Shown here: positions 13,035 through 30,800 of the stretch, in pieces | How positions within the stretch are numbered: the first letter of the stretch is position 1 | Layout: each line of letters begins with the position of its first letter | DNA from: Catajapyx aquilonaris | Taxonomy: Eukaryota | Assembly: GCA_000934665.2 (NCBI GenBank) | Contig: JYFJ02002967.1 | Coordinates: 1-48,431, forward strand | DNA: 48,431 nt | Direction: 5' to 3' | Translations under genes and position numbers: made by a program | Notes under the pieces: model-generated | What the model saw: the letters and a program-made list of their open reading frames with translations, nothing else | The model's database searches: none | What the model was told of the DNA's origin: nothing

Positions 13035-13212
13035 AGGTGGGTTTACATGTGAGCGATTTGACAAGCAAAGTGGAGCGAAGTCACCGATATTGTTTGAGGT
13101 GAAAGTAACAATCAATTTTCGCCTCAAACAATACTGGTTGCTTGGGTTACTCAGCAATGTTACCGCTCTGCAATGACTTCGCTCGTCAAATCGCTCACAT
13201 GTAAACGCCGCT
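13035..13212. mobile_element. PIF/Harbinger-type MITE
   Basis: TIR cores GTTTACATGTGAGCGATTTGAC and GTCAAATCGCTCACATGTAAAC. 3-bp TSD TCA at 13032-13034 and 13213-13215. Confidence 0.82.
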
Positions 13213-13327
13213 TCATGCAAGGGGTTGGGTGGAATGATACTGGATCAGCACAAGTACTTTCCTGCCTATGCTTCATTTCTTGTGAAGCATTGTACCACCA
13301 TATTCATAACATAAAATTAAATTTATA

Positions 13328-13578
13328 ATAATAATGGATACCCCGTGATAGGCCTTGGGCCTCTTAGGGGATCATCTTTTCGTGAACCGACTTTAATCAT
13401 TGCCTGCGTGTGATGGATTTTGATTGCGGGAGGAAACGGGAGAACCCCAAGAAAACCCTCGCGAACACGGAGAGAACCCATCAAAACTCTATCCACATAA
13501 GTATCCTCTGCGCGACCTCGGGACCTTAGAGATGGAAGGCTGCGGCACTAACCACTCCGCCACCGTGTCGCCCTACAG
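13328..13578 (-). mobile_element. tRNA-derived SINE with a V-domain-like core
   Basis: Minus strand reads GGGCGACACGGTGGCGGAGTGGTTAG (A box), core GTTCTCTCCGTGTTCGCGAGGGTTTTCTTGGGGTTCTCCCGTTTCCTCCC, then an (ATT)n tail. Flanked by about 19-bp imperfect direct repeats ACATAAAATKAAATTWATA at 13309 and 13579. Confidence 0.85.
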
Positions 13579-14257
13579 ACATAAAATGAAATTAATAAAT
13601 AATAGAAACTGTTATAGGCCTACCATGTAAAACCACATTTCTCATGCATTTGTGTCATTGTATTGTATGTCAATCGGCCCGTATCATACAAATCTTGATT
13701 TTTGTGGCAGATAATGGCTTCCTTGACAGATTGGTCCAGTATGAGGTACAATGTCTTTGCTTTTAAATTGATGCACCCATGTTAGGTTTCTACATTGATA
13801 TTGTACATTTACCACATCTGCACATAAGTACTTTTGAATGCAGTAGCCTTCTCTGTAGCAAAACGTACAGGTTCTATTTCTTGGTCACCCTAAAGAGCAC
13901 CATAACCACAACATGCAAGCAGAGGGAATGGAAATACTCCCATGAGAAAACATTAACTTAGTCCAGCAGTAGTTATTGAATATATGTGTATGTTTAGCAA
14001 GTCATGCATGTGGATACCAGTTAGAGCGCAGTATTAAAAGTCACTTGTTACATAAAACCTTAGAGTTTTGTTGGATCAAGCAATAAGCCTATACTGTAAG
14101 GTTATAGGTTTTTTTAGTGAGCGGGTTGAGTACATGCAGGAGTAATATCTGTATTGAATGTCATAAGTGCATTGTCACATGAAAATATGTGGCAGTATTT
14201 TGATGATAATTGCCACATGAGTACAGGAGGACTTTGGGTTCCCATTTTTGCAAAGTA

Positions 14258-14865
14258 CAGGGTGATCGAAAAAGAATGTCCCAATTTTAAAACTCTATAA
14301 CTTGAAAACTTGTGGACATATCTAAAGTTTTGAAATGCTAAGAAAAAAGTTGTGGTCCCACCTAAGTTTGTTTCGATATGAACTCCATTTGTCGCTCAAA
14401 AATTATAAATACGATAATTGGTGTCGTGACTAACCCAATCAGACATGTCTGAAGTCACCATTGTGATCCNGGGGGGGGATTGGGGAAACTTCTCATTCTT
14501 GACTTCGCACACTGGGGGGCTGAACAAATGAAACTTTGCTGCAGCAGGTTTGTTTCATGGATGAGGCGACTTTTTTATTTGAATCATCAAGAACTATGTG
14601 TGTGTGTAAAGACCCATCATCTCCAGCATCTACGGGATGGGATCACAACGGTAACGCCAGATATTATTGAGTGGGTTTGGCTCGGGACCGAATACCATCT
14701 TTTAAATTTGTTGAGCAACAAATAAAGCTCATATCGAAACAAACTAAGGTGAGACCAAAACCTTAGACATTTCTTGGCATTTCAAAACTTACGTCATTAA
14801 GATATGTCTACCAAGTTTTCGAGTTATAGGGTTTTAAAATTGGGACATTTTTTTAGATGACCCTG
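14258..14865. mobile_element. Tc1/mariner-superfamily deletion derivative with long TIRs
   Basis: TA|CAGGGTGATC...TGTCCCAATTTTAAAAC is mirrored at 14821-14865, and the arms extend over 100 bp. Internal LQHLRDGITTVTPDIIEWVW..EYHL resembles the C-terminus of DD37D-type transposases. Contains an N at 14470. Confidence 0.8.
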
Positions 14866-15018
14866 GAGCCCCAGGGGAGGCTTTTTGTTGGAACCTAATA
14901 CCAGCAGATAATTTTTTTTACTGTCTAAAAGTGACTGTTCCATAGCAGCTGCTTAAAATAAGCTGCTTATGGCAAAATTCTAATTGCAATGTACACCTTA
15001 TGTGGAACATGCTGTATA

Positions 15019-15192
15019 CAGGGTGGTCGGTAAATGGCACACAAGCTTCAGGTAGCGAGATTCCTTGTGAAAAACCAGTATATGGAAGTGAACGTCCTAT
15101 TGCTCTACGATGCCTGGTCAGAGCTCACGAGGCCTCCAAAGTTTGGGCCAAATCATGATGTCACATCCGCCGAAATTCAAACACTACCGTAT

Positions 15193-15254
<62 letters not shown>

Positions 15255-15520
15255 GTATGCGGTACGTTTCCAGGCGTTGCCATGTTGACATCCCCCACAT
15301 TTCCACCTAACTATGGAACCGTATAAACTCGCTGGGATGTTGCCAGGGACTCAGCGACGACGGTACATGCTGTCGTCGCTGAGTAATTTGGCCCAAACTT
15401 TGGAGACCTTGTGAGCCCTACCCAGGCATCGTAGAACAATAGGACCTTCACTTTCATATACTGGTTTTTCACAAGGAATCTCGCTACCTGAAGCTTATGC
15501 ACCATTTATTGACCACCCTG
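15019..15520. mobile_element. Tc1/mariner-type MITE with about 135-bp TIRs
   Basis: TA|CAGGGTGGTC..AAGCTTCAGGTAGCGAGATTCCTTGTGAAAAACCAGTATATG..TTTGGGCCAAAT is mirrored at about 15385-15520. Confidence 0.88.
15193..15254. repeat. (CTA)n microsatellite of about 20 units inside the MITE
   Basis: Direct reading of a perfect trinucleotide run. Confidence 0.97.
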
Positions 15521-15930
15521 CATACTACAGTAGATTAGGACTGTCAGCTAATTACAAGTATTGAGTTCTCCACTTATTAACATGTGTTACTAATTTGTAA
15601 GTTTGGCCTTTTTCCATCTCATTCTAAACTTGTTAGAGTTTGGGATACACTGCAGTATGTGTGGAAGCACAGTATACAAGGTGAAGGGATTCTCGCCAGT
15701 TAGACTGATAGTGCTCTCAAAACTACTGAAATATAGGGATGTGCAATTAGTTTTGGGTACCGCTGCGTAGTTAATATGTACAGCGCCTTCAAAGTTTCGT
15801 GACGTCACATTCGCTCCGCCAGTTTCAAAGATACAAATGCCAGTCCTTGGTGCAGGTCAGAGACCCTCCCGATGCAGGTGAAAGGGAACTCCCAGGCGCA
15901 CCCCCACTTCCAATTCAACCCTATCTCCCT

Positions 15931-16090
15931 CAGTGGTAGTCAATGACAATAATCACTAAATTAACACATCTTCTCGTTTATGGAACTATAGAGTCATTTT
16001 GTAAAAATAATTTGCAACCCTCCCTCGCGACCCCAAATATTATGTTTGTGATCCCATTTTGGGTCACAACCCACACTTTGGGAAGCACTA
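15931..16090. mobile_element. Possible hAT/Charlie (MER5-like) MITE remnant
   Basis: Right end TTTTGGGTCACAACCCACACTTTGGGAAGCACT and internal CTCGCGACCCC resemble hAT MITE subtermini. Left end CAGTGGTAGTCAA. No matching TSD. Confidence 0.4.
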
Positions 16091-16333
16091 GTCTAAGTAA
16101 TGACTTGACAAGTCAAGCTGGGTCCTGGATTCTCATAATCCATTGTCTGTAATTTGCAGACGTCTATCTGAAACTAACCTTGGGGCACAATTGGCATCAG
16201 AAAGGATGATGCAAAGATTAATGAAATTTTCGTTAATTTATGTCAGTCAAATTGACAATTTTTGTTTACTCTATTTTTATTTCAGGAAAGGTGTTGGGGT
16301 AGCCTCTGCCCTGGGAGCCTTCACCCCGAATGA

Positions 16334-20987
<4,654 letters not shown>

Positions 20988-23900
20988 TGGTAGGGGTGGC
21001 AGCTTAGGTGAATGGTGTAAGGGAGGGGGCAAGGAGGTGGGGTTTTTGGGGTGTAGTGATGTGGGATGTGAATTGCAGGACCTTTTTGCACTGGCACTTC
21101 AACATAATCTATTGAGAAATATGATAATTCGTCTTCAAGAAATCCATAGCATTACATTCCAGTGCAGGATTAAAGAATAAGAAGTGATGATTTTGAGGAT
21201 AGGCTATCTGTAGGTTTATGGGCATATTGTTGCTAAAGGGAAATTTTGAGATTTTTTCCCCCTTGTAACAGCAGAAAATCAGAAGGTGAGGGAGGCCAAA
21301 TTGTGTCACTCACATTTGCATTGCCATCTGGAAATTGATGTTACACTTGTCCACAAATATAAGTGAATAGGGTCCAGCACGTGACTGCTGCCATGAGATT
21401 AGCAGTTAGGTACAAAGCACAATATTTGGAACATTGGATGTTATGTCCATGCTGCATGTAGAACCAATTGCAAGTTCACTAGAAGCTGTGTAATGTTTCA
21501 TCTGTGCAAGGGTGCAGTTGAAAGATCACTCTCAATTATTCCTGAGTTATACACTTTGACACTTTGTGTCAGGTCAAAATGTGCAGTTTTAGAAATGCAG
21601 AGCTTCTCTTACAAGAAAGCTGGACTTTGTTTTGCATTAGGAAGTGTGCTTGTTGCATGTTCTGATGGTAGTAGTTGATAACCAATTGACTGAAGATTCT
21701 GCTTCAGAGTATAGCACACCTTCAGGAATGTTTATCCTTCGTCATACTTTAGTTATGGGGGGGGATAGCGCCCATTAGGTGGGTGACAACAATGTTCTTA
21801 TGTGATTAGTGGAGTTAGGAAGATAATTTGAATCCCACTTACAATGAAAACGATGACACCTTTTTAGCAATGCCCGTTAAAAATACAAAGTACCTACAGC
21901 CATACTGCAGTACCACAGAGATGTATACATATTATGTTCCACAGTCGAGCAGAGACCTAAATGTCAGGTATTGTACAATAATTAAACAGCAGGTGTAATT
22001 TTGGAATTGCAATGTGTGTGTGCATTAACTCAGAAGTAAATTCCAGTTTAACAGTTCCATGTTGTGATTCAAACAGATGAGTCAAATGTGATGAACATCA
22101 TTCCACAAGTGATGCACATTCTTTTTGGGAATAGGGACCAGTGAAAGTACTGCAATAAGCAGTTCATGTTGCTTGTGCCAGTGCAAAATGACTCAACCTG
22201 AAATGTATCAATTATAAGGTGACATCTATTGAACCCGGTGTTATGACTGAAGGGGATGAGTAGATCTCCTGCCATTTTCATCCCTCTCCAACTCATCATT
22301 AATTTCAGAGGTCATTGGCGATGATGACTTTACATGTAGGGAGGGCCAAGGGAAATGTTGACATCCCATCAATGCCATATTCCATCTTGCACAAGTCCAG
22401 CACTTGCTAGTTTCAAGGACTTCATTGGGGCAGTGAAGGCCAAAATTGGCTTCACCAACCAATATAAAAATTGGTTTATTATTAAAATATTTGGGGTAAA
22501 ACGTGCACCACATTATTAAATTTTACAGGGATTTTTATTGGGGGATATTAAATTGCAAATTATTTACAGTCATTTATTTAAATACTTCACTTGGTTGGAG
22601 TGTTGCTGATGAAAGCTTGCTTTCATTTGTGATGTAACACTAGTCTTCAAATTGGAATTAGGGAATGTTTATAGGTATTTTGAAGCCAGCGTCTGAACAA
22701 CTTCAGCGTACTAAGTTAGTTAATTTAATATTTAAGTGGCCAGAGGGGTGTGGGATTGCATTCCGTGATGGATGCATGGGAATGGATGGTTTCTGCCGTG
22801 TGACATTCCACACAAAAAAGAAGGTAATCATGGATGAACCTCACATTCAGTCAGTATTCATCCTCCAGGGCAGTCAAGACTAACATTGCTTCCAGGAATT
22901 CAATTTTGCAGGGTACAGAATATTCATCACAAAAATTACGAACATGTGATCCAACCGAGGGGAAGAGCATTTGTTGTATGTTGCTTCTGTACAAACATTG
23001 CCTTTGGAATGTGACTTTCTTTTGTGATATGTAGAATTACTGTGTGTAAAAGAATTTTTAAATTTTGGGCCTGAAACAGTGATGACATGATTTTGTAAAT
23101 GGTGGCACTTTGATGTAATTTTGTTATATTGGTACTTCGCATTGAGTGAAGGATCGCTTTTCTTTTTAAATCTTGCAATTTGTCATGATTTGTAGTTGAT
23201 GCACAACACGAGAAGAATAATTGCAGTGTCTTCTAGAACCCAGTTTGAAATGAGTGTTGATTTTTGCACCAAAAAGTAAAGAAGTAATTTTCTCTGTGGG
23301 AAGTGCCAAAATGATCGAGTTGTGCCAAGTGGACTATGGTGACAAATGGATTGAGAGAATGTAACTGCACTGCAACACGTAACTTTTGGTTCGACATGCT
23401 ACATTGCACACCTGACAAACCTCATTTTAAGAACTTTGTAAATAATTAAACTTCCTACTAAAATTAACTTGACCTGTGATTACCAACACTTAGATGGTGG
23501 AGTTGCAGGCATCCCATAATAATTGGGAAATGCACTGTGCACTAAAACAATGCTTCACCTATACAAGTACCTCTGCTTTTCAGTGACCTGTGAATTTTGG
23601 TGACCCTTATCCAACATTTTCCAATGTGGGCCAGATCATTATCTGTCTTTCCCTTTTATTCATTCCAATTTCCATTATTCCAAAATCATTCACCACAAAA
23701 ATGAAGGGGTGCTGATATGATTTTTTTATTTCGCATTAAATTTTTGTATGTGTGTGGTTGTGTGTGTGTGATTGTTTCTTAATGATTATGTTCATTCCAT
23801 TGACTATTCCAAGATTGTGAATAATGAAATATCAAGATTACATGTAAGTTGATGCCTTCAGAGATGTGCAGGACGTTGTTGCATGTAAGCTTAGGCCAAC

Positions 23901-25216
23901 TTCAGGCCATTGACCAGGATTTTAAATGAAGGTTTTGTATCACAAGCCTGCAAAGTTATGCAATGTTGAATATGTGGAAATGAAGTGGCCTGAAGTCCGT
24001 CATCCCTTCTCCCCCTCCCATTTTTTTACCATTTTACGTAGTGCTTTACGTGATGACATTTACGCTTGTGGTGGTTCCACATTACTTGGATGTGAAGTTT
24101 CAAACTGTAAATCAAAATGCTCCATAGCTGATGATGTGCACTTACATTGCACAAAAGGCAAACATTTTATACGTCACTGTCAATTGGTTTCATAATGGCA
24201 GGAGGAACTGAAAGCTAAGTGTTTTGATAGCCAGTGTGATAACTTCCACATAATGGCAATAAATCCATTGAGATTGTGCAGAAGGATGAGTGCTGAATAA
24301 ATTGATCTATTGTGAGCTTTATTGGCTTTTTAACTGATAAAATTTAATGGAGTTTTGTGTTTATGGTAATGGAATTTATTGCTTTTAAAAGGCCTGCGTT
24401 TATGGGTTTATTGACTTATTTGGCTGGTGTCATGTCATTCTTTCTGATCATTTCTGTGTAGATTATTTGTACCTATCTTCAGTTGGTGTTGTATATATGA
24501 ACATGTAAATATAAGCTGCTTATTTTTTCTTAGCGGGGTGTATAAATAACAATATTGTCTTGGCTGTATGTACTTTGAAGTGGATTATAGAAAAAATGAT
24601 GGGTATTTCTCCTGTACAGCGCAAAACACACTTACCTTCTGTAAAGTCATGCAAAGCAAACAATACAGCACGAGTACTTTGATATATGTCGTTGGTGTTG
24701 TCATTTACCTGATCAGTTGCAGTAACCTTTCTGTAATTCCTTCTCTCTTTCATGGGGCCGGGCTGGTTGCATGATAAACAGTAAATCCAGAACAAGCTCT
24801 TTACCCTGTGGCAATAACACTGATCAGCCACTTGAGCTGGGAGTACCATTGATTGTGCAACCAGCCCTTGATTAATGTTGTGTTTTTAAAGGGTTTCCTT
24901 TTTAGCCCATTATAATTATGCCTTCAGTAGGCCTACCATTTTTTTGATGGCTGAATACATTATACTTGAATGAGTCTTGGAGCTACTTTTCATTTGGGAA
25001 TGTGATGCCAAGGTGAGTCCGGGTGAGTCAGGACGTAGCATAAATAAATGATGAAAAATTGGTAGTTTGATGTAATCTATTATTCCTGTTGTAGTAAGTG
25101 CCAGACTTGAGTATAATTACTATATGTGTAGACGTCATGTGTTTGACATGTTGTGACACTGCACTGGTTTGATCCCAGTTATCTTCCGAACACATTGAAA
25201 TTATTATCTGCATGTT

Positions 25217-25569
25217 GGAGGAGGCACGGTGGCCGAGATGGTAACGTCTCGGCTTGCTATGCGAAAGGTCCCAGGTTCAAATCCCCACCCGGGAGCAAAC
25301 CTTTCGCTTGCGTCATTGGGTCGTGACCCGCGCCTAAGGAGGCGTCTTGGCAACCTGACCTCCTGGGGGACTGTACCTGGCCCACCACTGGACAATGCAC
25401 CTGCACATGTGTCCCCTCCCCAAAATCCCCTACCCTTACCCAATTTCCTAGTATTCCTTGCACCGGTGTCTGAAGAAAATACAAGCTGAAAACTGTATGG
25501 TGGTCTGCCACCCCCCAAAAGCGACATAGAGTTGTATCACGGGGTAATTAAAATAATAATAAATAAATA
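25217..25569 (+). mobile_element. Young full-length tRNA-derived SINE
   Basis: A box TGGCCGAGATGG, B box GGTTCAAATCC, (AAT)n/A-rich tail, and a perfect 14-bp TSD ATTATCTGCATGTT at 25203-25216 and 25570-25583. Confidence 0.93.
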
Positions 25570-25849
25570 ATTATCTGCATGTTTTTGGAATATTACATTT
25601 CTGGCAATTCATCTGTCTTCTCTCATGCATGGTATAATGGATGAAAGTGTATTTGTCATTCATTATATTATCCATGTCATTATCTTGTGAATTCACGGAC
25701 CACCACCACTTATATGCGAATGTACAGTACCTGATCCCACTTGATCTATTACAATATTGTACTATCTAACTCTTTTCGAAGTTCATTCAATATGAAGTGC
25801 CAGCTGACACACTGCGTATTGTGTTGATACTGCCTGTTTGTACAGATAG

Positions 25850-26320
25850 TAGACTGCAGGATTGAAAAGTGGCGGGCTTGGGACGAGAGGGCAGGGGGAT
25901 CAGCAGCATCAGGCCGTGTGTCCCCGCCTCTCGTCGGATCGGCAAATCTCCGGACTTGCCGGTGGGCGGGACGGAGAGAGAGGCAGGAACAGTAGTTGCG
26001 GTACACCCGGGTGGCGGGTACACCGTACGCACACCGACTGCACCCTGCAGCTGTCTGGCTGTCACACACACGGTCGTGCCGCCAACACATTCCCTCGATC
26101 CCCCAGGGCGAGAGAGGGGGCCAGGAAGGACGAGCTGCCAGAAGGAGAGCAGGTGGGGATGATGGCACGGTGATTATTTATTGTCGGTCAGGCCTGACCA
26201 CCGTCGATCGTCGGTGGGCATGCCCGCCCGCCTCGGTTGTTGTGCTATACGCACCTGGTCTGGCTGGCTCAGGGTGGCGTCCAGAAGGTTGCAACACACC
26301 AGCAATACAGTGAGGGTAGT
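25850..26320 (+). promoter_or_regulatory. CpG-rich promoter or 5' non-coding exon of the long ORP1 transcript
   Basis: GC/CpG-rich island with GC-box-like GGCGGG motifs, upstream of the acceptor at 27814 that precedes the first coding exon. Confidence 0.55.
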
Positions 26321-26782
26321 ACAATCAGCTGACAGGCCACACCCACTTATTGGAACGTCCACCACAACAACTGTACAACAACTACAACAATTAATAATAG
26401 TCATGGCTGGTAGTAGCTTAGACCTTTCTCCTCCCTTGGGTTTGTGCATCTCGCAAACCTCAGTCAGTTTCAGTATAATTTTCCTTGCCATAAGGAGGCA
26501 CCTTTGTGGATAATTTTAATACCTTGTTCATGTGCTCATGAGTGTGATAAACAATGCAGTTATGCAGATTTACATCTGCATCTTGAGTTTCTAGGAGTGG
26601 TTTATTCAGTTTTAGGTGCCGGCAGGTTTAGGCAGGAATTTTTGAGGAAAGAAAGATGGAAGGAACCCCCCCAAAAAAGTGAGAATGAGGCTTTACACTT
26701 TACAGTTTCACCCTCTGATCATATCATGTTATCAGACTTTTCATTGCTGTTGTGTCTGTGTTAGAGAAGGACTCAGGGTATA

Positions 26783-27456
26783 CAGTAAAACCTCGATATA
26801 ACTCTCCTGCATATAACGCTTGCTTTCCCTGTACCCCAGAGAAACTTACACCGCACATTGCCACGTAATGTCAATTTCAGTCGATTATGCGGAGGAAAGG
26901 GATGGAAATTGAAAAAATTCTAATTCGGCTACAGATTTTTAAAACATTTTGTGGATTTTTCCCTTGTTTGGCGTTTGTTTCTTGCCATAAGAAAAAAAAC
27001 CAACGTGTCAATACGTGACGGTCGCCTTTATTCATAATTATTTATAGTTGAAAATGTAGGTTTTTGTCAATATTTTAAAAAACAATGCAATTAAAATTTC
27101 CACTTTTGTGGAACCTAGGATGACCGTTCCTGTTTTTGTTTTATAGCCCTTTTGAAGACGCTTTTAACCTTACCTTACACTTTTAATTTTTACAGTAAAT
27201 TTAAGCTTGAGAAATGAAAAACCTTGATATGTTATGGGGGTGGTCCTAGACTTTCGGGAAAGACTGCACATGGTACATGGACAGGTCAGTTCAGGTTAAA
27301 GTGGTTTATAGCCTTCAATCTACATAGTAACAGTGAAGGCATCCATTACCTGAGAAAAGGGTGAATTAATTCATGTTTCCTGCATGTAATCACTATCCCA
27401 CTTATAACGCTACTTTTGGATGGTCCCTTGAAGAGCGTTATATCAAGGTTTTACTG
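26783..27456. mobile_element. pogo/Tigger-type MITE
   Basis: TA|CAGTAAAACCTCGATATAAC ... GTTATATCAAGGTTTTACTG|TA. Confidence 0.88.
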
Positions 27457-27843
27457 TATTTATTAGACCTATTTGTTTACCAGCCCTATAATATGTAAGG
27501 GGCAGTGCAGTGACGTTGGTGAAAGCCAGTGTATAACTGCCTTACACTGATCTAATTGTACTGTGGATTCAAAACATGCAGCCAGTGCTGCAATGGTGTA
27601 ACACATGAGCTAACACCAGAATAAACTAATGGAGAACAGCTATGCTCCGCCCCCTACTGCCCCTCAACTGGAATCAACAAATGCCCTGCTTGCACTGATT
27701 TTACGCCAGACGTGTACTTGGTAGGCCTATATTCAAAGAGAAATCTCAACTTATAGTGTCAGCCATTTTTCCCTTGCCTGCTGATACCAATTTATTTATT
27801 TTTGTGATTTTTAGGCAGACCTTACTAGGAGGATCACGGATGT

Positions 27844-30800
27844 ATGCATGTATGTAGGCTATGCTTAGGAGGCAGTGCCAAGAAGAACAAGAAGATGAAA
27901 GATCAACCAGCTGTGTCTCCCACATCATCCTCAGGGATGGCAATTGGGGGACTACCTCCTGATGGAGGGATGGAAGGGGGAGGGGGACTGGGGGAGGAAT
28001 TTGAGGAGATGCTGCTGCGCAGTGCTCGCAACGGAGATGAAAACATGGTGCGGGAGATGATGTTGGCTCATGTTGAAGGGAAGGTTGACCTCAACATCAG
28101 TTGTAAAGGTATGTTCTTATACAGTATAATTATGCTTGGTTTTCTCTGGAAGTTTTAAAGAGCAAAGCTCGGTTTATATTGCTGAACCTTGATCTCCTTC
28201 AGCATCGGCCGAATGGGAATGATTCTTTGTTGTGCTCCTCAGTGCAATTTACTCTTAAAAGGTTGCTTTAGTCATGCAGAAAGTGTAAACTGGGCAGAAA
28301 CTATATATGCTCCGGTTTGTTTTGCTGGTCGATTCCGGTGACTCATACAGTATTCATGAAGAGCTTTTTAATTTCATCTTCATCCTAGAGAATAATGAAA
28401 AATAAATATCGTGATCAGTAACCTGGTAAGGCTTCAGTTCTAAGCCATTGCCAGGGGCAGTGACAGGGCTGGGAAATAGAAAGCAGTAGGACTGACATGG
28501 AATTTGAGTATACTTCACCTTGTTGTTTGAATTTATTCAAGAGTAGTAATACATTTTGGTGCAGGGAAATCGAAGAGCAACCTGGGCTGGACTCCCCTCC
28601 ACCTTGCAAGCTACTTTGGCCACCTGGGAGTGGCTGAGATGCTGCTCAAAAATGGGGCCAATGTAAACTCAGTAAATGATGCAGGGGACACACCTCTTCA
28701 TAAGGCCTCCTTCACAGGCCGTGAAGTAAGTGCCAATAGTTGATGCCAATAGTGTTTGGCCCATAGTGATTCTGTATCTAGTTTATCTTCTTTTTTTTGC
28801 ATTGAATAGGATCTGGTGCTTTTGCTGCTGCAAAACAGAGCTGATGTAAATGTGATAAATGGAGAGGGTCAGCGCCCTAGGGATGTCTCTCTCAGCAGTG
28901 ACGTGAGGAAACTGCTTATTGCTGCAGAACAAACTGAGCTCAGGAAAAAGGATGATAATCTACTCGCTGCCACACGTGATGGACATCTTGAGGTTGTGAG
29001 TGACATGGTGAGCTATTATAGGCTAGTCAATATTGAAAACATTATGCGAACTAAGGACAATTCATAACAAGTTTTCCCATCCTAGGCCTCAGTGATTATT
29101 CCTAGGCCTAGAAGGAGCAAATAAAACAAGAATGAAGGAAATAGAGCAAAAATAATTGAAAGACACAAATTGAATGCACCATATTACTAGAATCTAAAGC
29201 ACACCCCTAGTAGTTTTAAGTAGTGAAAAGTTAGCTATGGAGAATGCTTTGTACCAGTTTCTAAGATGTACGAGGTAGGCGCCAAAAGTTTCTGTGATGG
29301 CTATGTTCCAGGGGTGATGGAAATAAAACGATTGTGTCATTTTTCAATATAGTCTCCTTCTACATCAATGCACGTCTCATATCTCATAATTATAATTTCA
29401 ATACCTCTGGAAGAATAGTCCAAAGTTTTCTCTACAAAATGCTCGTATACTGCCTCTTACACCTCTTCATCACTTTTAAACCGTACCTTGAAGTTCTTTT
29501 TTGAGTTTGGATAACAGGTAATAGTCACTAGGGGCCAGTAGGGTGGGTGATCAAGCTCCTCGAAGCCACAGTTCCTCACAGCAGTCTTGGAAACATTGTC
29601 CTGTAACCTGGTTCATTATCCAGATGTTGGAGAACACCCCAACTCAACTTCCCGCATCTGTTCTTCTTCATGGCATCGCGAAACCTGTGCAGCAGGCCAG
29701 AGTAAGACTCCCTGTAGACAATCGAGGTTTAATCCTTGAAGTCTATTAGTAAGATTCCTTTGGAATTCTAAAGAACCGTCACCATGGTCTTCTTGGTGAC
29801 CGGGTCACTCGGCCGCTTTCCGCCTGCCCTAAGCTATTCCATTAATTCTCATTTTGATAGAGGATCATAGCACGGGACCATAGTTTCATCTCCTGTGACG
29901 ATGAACTCCAGTACTTCTTTCTGTTTGCCACGGCGAAGGTCCGAAAACGTTTCGCAACATGTTACGCATTTTTGCTTTTTAATTGCGGACAGAAGTTGGG
30001 GCACCCATCTTGTGCTGACCTTTTTCATGTGAAGGTGTTCATGAATAATGAGAGGAATGGTGGTGTCTGAAAGCCACAACCTTCCCAAGAGTTCCTCCAC
30101 CTCCAAGGGTCTGCTTGCAGCACCTACTCCTCCACAAGAGAGACGGTTTCTGCAGTCATCACCTCCACGGGCCGAAAGTCGCATAGCCCGCCTTCGATGT
30201 TCTCTCAGCCCAAACGAAACTGCTTAGCCCATTCCTTCATGGTGGAATATGAAGAGGAAGCTTCACCATACACACCACCCAAGGCCTGTTTAATAGACAT
30301 CGTAGTAAGGCCTTCCTTGGTGAGGAACTTGATCACTCTCGATACTCGATTTTCACCATGTTGCAACTCGTCTAACTAAAGTTGACTTTTCTAAGAGACT
30401 GACTGACGTTGCCGGGTGAAACTTGTACATTCCTCAACTCATGGTTGGGACTACCTGTCACTATAGTTGTTTCATTTCTATCACCCCTGGAACATAGCCA
30501 GGACGGAAACTTTTGGCGCCTACCTCGTACCAATTTTTTGCTGTATTTTTTAGACTAAAAGTGCATCGTAGATTAGAGTAAATAGGGCATTTCATGTGTG
30601 ACTGCTATAATAAGGTTTACATCTAACAAATAATAAGATTTGTGACAAGGAAACCATTAATTTGAGCAGAAAAACTGGCTATAAATGGCGCTAAAGGTAG
30701 TGGAGTCATGTCCATAACAGATATCTTTTTAGTTACAAATATTTAAAACTGGTTAGTGTTTTAAAATGTGTAAATTTCACAATTTTGGTTATTGATTTGT

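Noticed and set aside
14470..14478. N base followed by a poly-G run
   Set aside because: Likely an assembly join or ambiguity. The internal structure of this element should not be over-read.
15034..15505. Poly-Leu and poly-Tyr ORFs and twin ORFs starting MAHKLQVARF/MVHKLQVARF
   Set aside because: Artefacts of the CTA microsatellite and the MITE inverted repeats.
25220..25300. tRNA-like A and B boxes
   Set aside because: They form the head of a SINE with tail and TSD, not a standalone tRNA gene.
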